Assembly (NCBI GenBank): GCA_965219415.1
Contig: CBDCNP010000002.1
Coordinates: 3,936,001-4,000,000 of the forward strand
Direction: 5' to 3'
DNA length: 64,000 bases
Source of the DNA: Candidatus Marinacidobacterales bacterium
Lineage (GTDB): Bacteria > Acidobacteriota > Vicinamibacteria > Marinacidobacterales > DATDRI01
Below, in pieces: positions 56,208-64,000 of the stretch (positions are counted from its first letter, which is position 1; each line of letters begins with the position of its first letter). A program made the position numbers and the translations under genes. The notes below the pieces were generated by a model. It saw nothing but the letters and a program-made list of their open reading frames with translations. It was not told the DNA's origin and made no database searches.

Positions 56208-58388
56208 TTAGTCCTCCACGCTTGGCCCTTTGCCCAAGTATTTCTCAAAATGCCCAACGAGTTTGTTGAAAGCGAAAATGGTTTGATAATTCCCTTCGGT
56301 GTCCCAACCGTGGCGAGAGTTGGGTAGCGCGACGAGATCGACGTCCTTTCCCATCGACATCAACCGTTGAGTTAGTGCTATGGAATCTCGAAACAACACG
56401 ATGCGGTCCCTCATGCCATGAATGATCAGCAGGTGATCTTCGAGCCCCGCCGCTTTGGTGAAGGCCGAAGCATCGGCGTACTCCTCGGGCTGGTCCTGGG
56501 GAGCCATCATTACGCGCATCTCACCCGTGGTCGCATGCCAAACGTTCGTGGCCGGTGCACCGGCGACGCCGGCCTTGTAGACGCCGGGTTTCTTGAAGAG
56601 CGACATGCACGTGAGGAGGCCACCGTAGCTCGAGCCCCAAATGCCGATGCGATCCATGTCGACGAAGCCGAGCGTTTCGAGATATTTCACGCCGCTATAG
56701 ATATCTTCCGTGTCGATGCCGCCGTAGTCGAGCCGATGGCCTCGCCGGAACTCTTTGCCATGACCCCAACTTCCGCGGAAGTTGACGTTTAGGAGGATAT
56801 AGCCTTCCTGTACGAGGTACTGATCGAGCCCCCAGGTGGGGTGCGCCGTACGGCCTCCCCATTGGTTGCGAACCGTGTTGCTATACACCGAACCCAGAAT
56901 GGCCGGGTGTTTCTTGGTGCGATCCAAGTTCGCCGGAATGGTTAGTCTTCCGGTCAGCTTGACATCATCCACCACGCTCGGAAACGTCACGTATTCGGGC
57001 GTTACCCAGTGGTAGCGGCTGAACTCTTCGATCGGGGAGTTCGTGACCTGACGCTCCCGCTCAACGACACCTGCGTCCAGCTCCGTAATGAGAAGATCGT
57101 ATGGGGTGCCGTCGCTCGAGAAGTAATCGGCCGCGAAACGGCCGTTGGGAGCGTAGGTAGGCTGATGCGTGCCGGACCGCTCGCTCAGTTGCGTGGGCTC
57201 GCCGCCCTCGAGATCGACGCGAAAGATCTGGCGTTCTTCGGCGCGTCCCTTGTTGGCTCGGAAATAGAGACCGTGATCGAAAACCGCGAAGTCTGCGACG
57301 GCCCAGCTCCCTTGGGTGATTCTCTTGGGTGAGTCACTTCCGAGCGTGAGGTGGTAGATGTGATAGTCCTCGTCGCGATCGGAGATGAAATACACACCCT
57401 CGCCGTCGGGAGCCCACTCGTCTTGCCAGGAGGCTTGGATGTTATTAGGGTCTTGCTCGCGGTAGAGAACCTCGGCCTCGCCGGTTTTCGCGTTCACGCT
57501 CAAGATCCGCCGATCCTTCACGTAGAGATCGCTGGTGTCGACGAGCAGGCGGCTACCATCGGGAGACCAGCGGTAACCGAAAATCGGATCGACGCGGCGG
57601 GGGCCAAGCTCCATCCACACGATATCCCCACCCTCGACAGGAATCACACCCAGCCGGCGGCTGGCCGGCTCTTCGCCAGGGAGAGGCCGGTAGACCATGT
57701 CCATCTCGGCATCTTCTGGAAGGTAGTCCGGGATGCCACGACGTGGAACATTGGTGCGGTCGATTTCCATGAAGGCAACCGAACGCCCGTCGGGTGAGAA
57801 CGCGAAGCCTTGCACCGATACGTGCTCGCTTCCGAGGTTGGTCAGGTTTTTGGGTCCTTCGTAGCTAACGGCGTCCATCCAGAGATCGCCGCCCGACCGG
57901 TACGCGAGATAATTCCCGTCGGGGGAATACGCCGGCTTCGACTCCGCTTCCGGAGGCGACCGCACCATTTGCGGCTCTTTGCCGGGTGCCACTAGGTAGA
58001 GATCGCCACGGAAGATGACGATGAGATGCCGTCCGTCCGGGTGCCACGTCACCTCCGACACGCCACCGTCCCGCTCGATGCGGACCTCCAGCTCGATCCT
58101 TTCGATCGCGTCGTCGGTGTCTTTGGGCTCGAGATGCGGGAACCCCGTCACCCGCACCGGCTCTCCGCCCGGGACCACTACCGTCCAGACGTCTTGAAAG
58201 TTGTAGCCCTCGTCGTTCCACAAAAAGGCCAATCGCTGGCTGTCCCGCGACCAGACGAAGCCCGTCGGCGCGGTGCCGATGAGGCGGGGCATCGTGTAGA
58301 GCCGCTCGATGGTCATCCGCTCCTGCTCTTGGGCGGCGACCGCAGTGGCGGCGGCGAGAACCAGCGCAATGCTCAGTGCTCTTTTCAT
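56208..58388 (-). CDS. S9B (DPP IV-like) peptidase, secreted
   Basis: Signal peptide, propeller, RIGIWGSSYGG, IIHGMRD, RHGW. Confidence 0.9.
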   Translation of the reverse strand: MKRALSIALVLAAATAVAAQEQERMTIERLYTMPRLIGTAPTGFVWSRDSQRLAFLWNDEGYNFQDVWTVVVPGGEPVRVTGFPHLEPKDTDDAIERIELEVRIERDGGVSEVTWHPDGRHLIVIFRGDLYLVAPGKEPQMVRSPPEAESKPAYSPDGNYLAYRSGGDLWMDAVSYEGPKNLTNLGSEHVSVQGFAFSPDGRSVAFMEIDRTNVPRRGIPDYLPEDAEMDMVYRPLPGEEPASRRLGVIPVEGGDIVWMELGPRRVDPIFGYRWSPDGSRLLVDTSDLYVKDRRILSVNAKTGEAEVLYREQDPNNIQASWQDEWAPDGEGVYFISDRDEDYHIYHLTLGSDSPKRITQGSWAVADFAVFDHGLYFRANKGRAEERQIFRVDLEGGEPTQLSERSGTHQPTYAPNGRFAADYFSSDGTPYDLLITELDAGVVERERQVTNSPIEEFSRYHWVTPEYVTFPSVVDDVKLTGRLTIPANLDRTKKHPAILGSVYSNTVRNQWGGRTAHPTWGLDQYLVQEGYILLNVNFRGSWGHGKEFRRGHRLDYGGIDTEDIYSGVKYLETLGFVDMDRIGIWGSSYGGLLTCMSLFKKPGVYKAGVAGAPATNVWHATTGEMRVMMAPQDQPEEYADASAFTKAAGLEDHLLIIHGMRDRIVLFRDSIALTQRLMSMGKDVDLVALPNSRHGWDTEGNYQTIFAFNKLVGHFEKYLGKGPSVED

Positions 58389-58395
58389 ACGCTCC

Positions 58396-59532
58396 TCAAA
58401 TCACCAGCTTGTCTTGCGACTGAGGCTTCTTGAAGCGATCGAAGGAGAAGGGTTCCATCGGCAAGGACGGTTCCTTTCCAAGGATCGTTTCCGCCATGAC
58501 TTTCCCGACGGATGGCGAAAGCATGTAGCCATGGCCGCTGAACCCAGCCGCTTGGTAGTAGCCTTCGATACCCGAGACCGCCCCGAGGAAGGGGTGCGCG
58601 TCGGGTGTCGAATCGTAGTAGCCATCCACCAGCCGTTTGATGCCCATGTCGGAGAGTGTCGGCATCATGTCGACGAAGATTTCCGCGACTTGTTCGGTGT
58701 AGGCCCAGTCGTCTTTGCTTTCCGTGGCCTCGCGTAAATAACCCATGTAGACGACGCCATCAACGAGCTGCTTGCCGGCCCATCCGACATCCATGGCCGC
58801 GACGAGCGGCTCGAGCACTCTTCTTTCGAGACGGTCGGTGTAGAGCATCCGACGCCGCTCCACCGAGATGGGAAGCTCGAGCCCGAGCGGCTTGGCGAGC
58901 TCGGGGCTGTCGCACCCGGCCGCCAAGACGGTGTTCGAGGCCTCGATGACGCCCGAGGCGGTCTTGACTCCGGTCACCCGATCGCCGTGGTGCTCGATGC
59001 CGACCACCGGCTCGAGGACGACCCGGGCTCCCTTATCCTTGGCGCGTTGCGCCAGCACTTGTGTCAGGCCGTCCGAGTCTTCGATGAAGCCGTCTTTGTT
59101 GCAGAACGAGCCGCCGACGACGCCTTCGGTGTTGTACTCGGGAACGATCTTCTTGATGTCGTCCGGACTCAAGATCTCGGAGGGGATATCGAGGCTATTT
59201 TGGAGCGCGACGTTCTTCTTGAAGATCTCGAGGGTCTCCAGCTTGTGGGCCACAAAGAGATAGCCGGTTTGATAGAAGGGGAGCGGGAAGTCTGGGTGGA
59301 GCTCCTCGGTCAAATTCTCGAAGAACTTGACGGCCTCCCGCGCATAGAGGCACGCCGCCTCGTCCTGCCATTGAGACCGAATCCCTCCCGGGCAGACGCT
59401 GGTCGCCTTGGCTGCGAGGTATTCTTTTTCCAGCAGTACGACATCGGTGCATCCCATTTTCGTAAGATGGTAGGCGATGGAGGCACCGGTGATACCGCCG
59501 CCGATGATGACGCACTCTGCTTTTTCGCTCAT
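58396..59532 (-). CDS. FAD-dependent oxidoreductase (DAO/sarcosine oxidase beta-like)
   Basis: IIGGGITG, LLEKE, YDSTPDAHP, GFSGHGYMLSP. Confidence 0.9.
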   Translation of the reverse strand: MSEKAECVIIGGGITGASIAYHLTKMGCTDVVLLEKEYLAAKATSVCPGGIRSQWQDEAACLYAREAVKFFENLTEELHPDFPLPFYQTGYLFVAHKLETLEIFKKNVALQNSLDIPSEILSPDDIKKIVPEYNTEGVVGGSFCNKDGFIEDSDGLTQVLAQRAKDKGARVVLEPVVGIEHHGDRVTGVKTASGVIEASNTVLAAGCDSPELAKPLGLELPISVERRRMLYTDRLERRVLEPLVAAMDVGWAGKQLVDGVVYMGYLREATESKDDWAYTEQVAEIFVDMMPTLSDMGIKRLVDGYYDSTPDAHPFLGAVSGIEGYYQAAGFSGHGYMLSPSVGKVMAETILGKEPSLPMEPFSFDRFKKPQSQDKLVI

Positions 59533-59545
59533 TCGGTTGACCTAT

Positions 59546-61045
59546 TTATTCTGGCGGCAGCGTCGAGTAGAGCTCATCGAGATCGACTCCCGCTCGCCGG
59601 AGCTCCTTCCAGCGTCTGAAGAATAGTAGCGACACCGCTCCCACCGCGATCAAATAGACCCATGTGGATCGGTAATACCAGGCGCTCACATCCGCGTTGA
59701 GATCCTTGATGACCTGCGCGACCAACAACACTCCGAGCATCAGAGCTCCGCTCCCACCCAGCAGAACCTGCGCGGAGCGGTTTTTCATGAAGCGCAGACC
59801 TTCCGCGAGTTTCGGATTGCGTTTGGCGAGGAAAACGACCGACAAGCACACCAGCGAGAAGTTCACCAGCATGCCGATGACCAGGACGTCCACGCCGAGG
59901 AAGAAATCGCCGGCGAAGTGGCATCCCAGGATCCCGACCGAGGCGATGATGCTGCTCAGCAGAATCGCGACGTGCGGCGTGCGCCAGCGGGGATGGATGG
60001 CCGCAACCGACTTGAAGAAGATGCCGTCCTCCGCCCAGGCGAACATGAGGCGCGAGACCGCGAGCATCATTCCCGGAAGACTGTTGAAGAGCGCAAACGT
60101 AGCGGCGCTAAGGATGAGTACGGACCACACTGGAGAAAGAAGGTAGGCCAGGAGACCCGGGGCAGTGAGGTCGGTGGCACCGGCGCGTTCGGCGATGAAA
60201 TACCAAGGGACGGCATGATAGACGGCGGCCGTGAACAGTAAGTAGAACGCGCCGACGACCACCACCGCGATTCCGATGGACAAGGGCAAGGTGACGTTGG
60301 GGTTCTTGGCCTCGCTCCCCGCCTGTGCAATCGAATCGAATCCTATAAAGGATGAAAAGAGCAACGCCGTTGCCGCGAGGAGAAGATAGAGATTCAGTGG
60401 GGTTGCCGTTTGTGTCGCGACGGCCACTCCTTCGGTCTGCTGCACCGCGGCTACGAAATCGGCATGGTCGAACATGAAGCCAGTAGGAATGACGATGGCC
60501 CCACCGACGAAGCCGAGGACCATCAACGTGACCATCGCGCGCTCGAACGTTTTGATCCCGAAGAGATTGATCGAACTCGCGGTCCAAACGAATACCAGCG
60601 CCAGCGTCACTCGTACGAAGCCGGTCTCGAGCGCCGCTGCCGCCCCCTGGAGCTCGAGCGCCACCGCGATGTCGCGCGTGAACGGCACCAGCACGTAGCC
60701 TACGACCCCCATCGCGACCGAGAGGCCGAACCATTGAGAGAAGCTCGCCAAGAGCCCGAGGTAAGGGTGAATGCTACGGCTCGCGTACACGTAGCTTCCC
60801 CCCGCCCGCGGCATCCCGGAGGCCATGACCGCATAGGCGAGGGCCGCCAGAATCGCCGGTACCATGGCGAGTGCAAACGCCGGTACGACGTTGGGGCCGA
60901 TTCCCGGTACGCTCCGCTGGATCATGACCGGGATGACGTTGATGGCTGCGCCCACCATCGAGCAGATTCCAGTCGCAACGAGGCCCAGGAGGGCCATCTC
61001 CCGTGCGAGGGTAGCGCCGCCCGATCGTGTATTCGCCTTGGCCAA
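59546..61045 (-). CDS. APC family amino acid permease
   Basis: MPRAGGSYVY, FIGFDSIAQAGSEAKNP, SRLMFAWAEDG, HPRWRTPH. Confidence 0.9.
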   Translation of the reverse strand: MAKANTRSGGATLAREMALLGLVATGICSMVGAAINVIPVMIQRSVPGIGPNVVPAFALAMVPAILAALAYAVMASGMPRAGGSYVYASRSIHPYLGLLASFSQWFGLSVAMGVVGYVLVPFTRDIAVALELQGAAAALETGFVRVTLALVFVWTASSINLFGIKTFERAMVTLMVLGFVGGAIVIPTGFMFDHADFVAAVQQTEGVAVATQTATPLNLYLLLAATALLFSSFIGFDSIAQAGSEAKNPNVTLPLSIGIAVVVVGAFYLLFTAAVYHAVPWYFIAERAGATDLTAPGLLAYLLSPVWSVLILSAATFALFNSLPGMMLAVSRLMFAWAEDGIFFKSVAAIHPRWRTPHVAILLSSIIASVGILGCHFAGDFFLGVDVLVIGMLVNFSLVCLSVVFLAKRNPKLAEGLRFMKNRSAQVLLGGSGALMLGVLLVAQVIKDLNADVSAWYYRSTWVYLIAVGAVSLLFFRRWKELRRAGVDLDELYSTLPPE

Positions 61046-61174
61046 TCCGACTGTCCTTTCTCGCTGGCTCCGGTGCCCTCCTTGACGCCAACGACGGTTG
61101 CGAAGTATACCGCATGCAACGACGGTCGAGAAGCACGGTCGGTGGGCCCTGCATTAATGATGAGGAGGTGGACA

Positions 61175-63472
61175 GTGTCGCTCAGTTCCAAGCCTCGGGC
61201 AATCTCTTGGTTGCTGGGGGCATTCCTACTAACAGCGGGATCAGATTCTGGGCTAGGCCAGGAGCTGACGATAGAACGCATCACTTCCTACCCGCGGCTG
61301 ACAGGGACCGCGCCATCGCATCCGACTTGGTCGCCGGATAGCAGCCGCATTGCCTTTCTGTGGAACGACGAGGGGCATCTCTTCCGGGATGTTTGGGTCG
61401 TGTCGGTGAGCGAAGGGGAGCCGGTTCGGGTCACCGATCTAGCCGAAGGCCCACGCACCTCCGATCGACTCGCAGCGCCTCGAGAAGATCCCCTGGCGGC
61501 ACTCGAACGCGCCTACGAGGAAAGGAGCGAGAAAGGCGTCTCCGACGTCACCTGGAGTCCCGATGGTCGAAGCTTGATTCTCAGCTATGACGATCATGTC
61601 TTCAGAGTCGATGCGGACGGGGCCAACCTCCGTCGGCTCACCAGCGCCGAGGCAGGCCGGAGCGAGCTCGCGTTTTCTCCCGATGGGCGCTTTCTCTCCT
61701 GGCTTCAGGACGGCGACCTTTGGCTCTGGAATCAGAAGACGAATGAAGCGGTCCAAGCCACGAAGATCGGGGTGGCCGAAATCGACGACGTCGAGGGCGC
61801 CCGCTTCACCAGGCTCGACCGGGAGTACAGCTCCTACGAATGGTCGGAGGACAGCCGCTTCGTGGCGTTGCACCTCGACGATCGACGTAACATCCGGATG
61901 GAGCCGATACCGAACTACATCGGCGAGCGGACCGAGATGCGCTACTTGCGGCGCGATTATCCGGGAGACCACGACCACATCCGCGCCATGGATATCTATT
62001 CTGTCGCCGGCGGGCGCGTGCGCCGCGTTGAGCTCCCGGAAAAAACCGCGGCGTTGATCACCGGCTATAGCTGGTCGTCGGCGCCGTCGCGGCTCCTCAT
62101 CGATCAGGTCTCGGAGGACGCGGTCCATCGCTGGCTTTGGGTCGTCACGCCGGAGGACGCCTCATTCAAGAAGGCTTGGCACACCGAGAGATGGAAACGG
62201 AACTCGCAGCGTTTGACGTCGTCGATATGGCGGAGTGACGGGAAGGCGGTTCTATTCACCAGTGATCTCGACGGTCGACACCGTCTCCACTCGGTTTCTG
62301 TCGAAGATGGAAGCCCGGAGACCCTGACCAAGGGCGATTGGAGCGTTATCGCGGCTCGGTTTGGCGGGGCCCCACTCGGTGTCAGCGACGAGCTGCGTGA
62401 GGTCTTTTTCGTCTCCACCAAGAAGAACCCTTACGAACGACAGATCTACCGAATGTCCGAGAAGGGTGGCACGGTGAGCCAAGTCACGTCGCTGCCGGGC
62501 ACGCATTATCCGATCTTGTCACCGGACGGCACCAAATTGGCGCTGCTCCATTCGAGCGACACACGGCCGACCGATCTGTACGTCATGGACGCCAAGGGTG
62601 GTGAGGAGCGGCGGTTGACCCATTCTCCCACCGAGGAGTTCGATCGCTACACATGGGCGAAACCAAGTTACGTGACGTTCAAGAGTCGCATCGATGACGC
62701 CGTCATCCACGGCCGACTGGTCGAGCCTCCGGACCTCGATCGTACCAAAAAGTACGCCGCGATCTTGGGGCCGGTGTATTCCAACAACGTGCGCAACCAG
62801 TGGCATCGGATCTCACACACCTTCGAGCAGTATCTGGCCCAGCGGGGCTACCTGGTGCTCCAGGTCGATCTCCGCGGAAGCAGCGGTTATGGGAGGAAGT
62901 TTCGCCAAGATCTTTTTCTCGACTACGGGGGCATTGACATCGAGGATCTGCACAGCGGTGCGGCCTATCTGAAGTCACTGCCCTACGTGGATCCGGATCG
63001 TGTGGGAATCTGGGGGTGGAGCTACGGTGGGCTGATGACGTCGATGTCGCTCTTCAAGAAGCCCGGTGTTTACGCGGCCGGAGTGGCGGGAGCCCCCGCC
63101 ACGAATGTGTGGCACGCGATGACCGGCCAAACCGACAACGCCCGCCAGCCGTATACGCACCCGGAGGTTTATCGCAAGGTCTCTGCCGTTTCATTTGGCG
63201 AGGATTTGGAAGATCACCTCATGTTCATCCACGGCCTGCAGGACGCGGTGGTGCTCTTCAAGGATTCGGTCACGCTGGCTGAAAAACTGATGATGCTTGG
63301 GAAAAATTTCGATTTCGTGATTCTCCCTTCGGCGACCCATAGCTACAGCCAGCGCGACTACGAGACGCGGTTCGTGCTCACAAAAGTCACCGAGCACTTC
63401 GATCGCTATCTAGGAAGGGGGCCGCGTACGGCGGCGCCAAGTTCCGATGAAGTGACAGGAGGGCAAAATTGA
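61175..63472 (+). CDS. S9B (DPP IV-like) peptidase, secreted (start GTG 61175 after GAGGAGG, or ATG 61157)
   Basis: Propeller repeats, RVGIWGWSYGG, IHGLQD, ATHSY; paralog of 56208-58388. Confidence 0.9.
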   Translation: MSLSSKPRAISWLLGAFLLTAGSDSGLGQELTIERITSYPRLTGTAPSHPTWSPDSSRIAFLWNDEGHLFRDVWVVSVSEGEPVRVTDLAEGPRTSDRLAAPREDPLAALERAYEERSEKGVSDVTWSPDGRSLILSYDDHVFRVDADGANLRRLTSAEAGRSELAFSPDGRFLSWLQDGDLWLWNQKTNEAVQATKIGVAEIDDVEGARFTRLDREYSSYEWSEDSRFVALHLDDRRNIRMEPIPNYIGERTEMRYLRRDYPGDHDHIRAMDIYSVAGGRVRRVELPEKTAALITGYSWSSAPSRLLIDQVSEDAVHRWLWVVTPEDASFKKAWHTERWKRNSQRLTSSIWRSDGKAVLFTSDLDGRHRLHSVSVEDGSPETLTKGDWSVIAARFGGAPLGVSDELREVFFVSTKKNPYERQIYRMSEKGGTVSQVTSLPGTHYPILSPDGTKLALLHSSDTRPTDLYVMDAKGGEERRLTHSPTEEFDRYTWAKPSYVTFKSRIDDAVIHGRLVEPPDLDRTKKYAAILGPVYSNNVRNQWHRISHTFEQYLAQRGYLVLQVDLRGSSGYGRKFRQDLFLDYGGIDIEDLHSGAAYLKSLPYVDPDRVGIWGWSYGGLMTSMSLFKKPGVYAAGVAGAPATNVWHAMTGQTDNARQPYTHPEVYRKVSAVSFGEDLEDHLMFIHGLQDAVVLFKDSVTLAEKLMMLGKNFDFVILPSATHSYSQRDYETRFVLTKVTEHFDRYLGRGPRTAAPSSDEVTGGQN

Positions 63473-64000
63473 GCAGAGCAGCAGCGGTTTTTCTAGGCTT
63501 GGCCTTGGCGGCGACGCCGGCACTGGCCGACGATATCGTTATCGAGGGTGGAACGCTCATCGATGGCACCGGCAGCGATCCGCGGCCGAACCCGGGCATC
63601 CTCATCCGTGATGGGCGCATTGCCGCCGTCGGAGACGTTTCCGGAGCCTCGGCGGACGCGGTTCGCATATCCGCGGCGGGGAAGTGGGTCCTACCCGGAC
63701 TCTTCGATCTTCACGGGCACATCACTTTCAAGCTCGCGGGTGCGAGGGACCTGGAAGATGACATCGTCAATGCCATCCGCTCCGAGCGGTTCCTGGAACG
63801 GTATCAGGAGATCGGTGTCACTACCGTGCGCGACGTCGCGTCGCGCTACCACGTCGGCTACTCGCTGAAGAGGGCGCAACGTAGCGGTTTGATGGGCGGC
63901 GCCCGTTTCTACACCAGCGGTCCTCTCATCACCACCACCGCAGGGCATGCGACCGAGTTCCAACCGCTCATTCCGCCCATCTGGGCGGTCGAGGCGGACG
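63469..64000 (+). CDS. Secreted amidohydrolase, N-terminal part (runs off window end)
   Basis: TTG start; signal peptide; GGTLIDGTG, IRDGRIAAVG, VLPGLFDLHGH, GVTTVRD. Confidence 0.88.
   Translation, partial: MSRAAAVFLGLALAATPALADDIVIEGGTLIDGTGSDPRPNPGILIRDGRIAAVGDVSGASADAVRISAAGKWVLPGLFDLHGHITFKLAGARDLEDDIVNAIRSERFLERYQEIGVTTVRDVASRYHVGYSLKRAQRSGLMGGARFYTSGPLITTTAGHATEFQPLIPPIWAVEAD

Noticed and set aside
60410-61156. N-terminal 250 aa of the 1020-aa S9 ORF
   Set aside because: Antisense to the APC permease; real start is 61157 or 61175 with RBS and signal peptide

Overview
GC-rich bacterial chromosome segment. Its gene repertoire (secreted S9 peptidases, amidohydrolases, DUF885, VPS10-like propeller, kinase-TolB genes, DUF2911) suggests Acidobacteriota; this is inference only. 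Intact blocks are a peptide/amide hydrolase cluster (0-6.5 kb), a polyamine-type ABC transporter (11-17.8 kb), a CotH-family gene, bioF, a VOC-SSS-DJ-1/RidA block, icd-mdh-sucCD-ndk-dcd-dut (39-45 kb) and a peptide-utilisation cluster (51-64 kb). Between about 6.5-33 kb and 46.6-51 kb lies a dense graveyard of mobile DNA: four ~1087-bp IS5 (IS903-group) copies, two complete IS256 with 8-bp target duplications, IS1, IS3 and IS21 remnants, an rve-integrase element family with a MITE and stacked ends, a second MITE family, a group II intron 3' end, and toxin-antitoxin modules. The strongest structural observations are (1) a split 9-bp target duplication implying a 17-kb IS-mediated inversion that cut a kinase gene from its promoter, (2) a Phd-VapC pair bounded by 57-bp direct repeats, and (3) a repeated divergent kinase/TA arrangement. 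No rRNA, tRNA or true CRISPR array was seen. All family calls come from motif recognition; no database searches were run.
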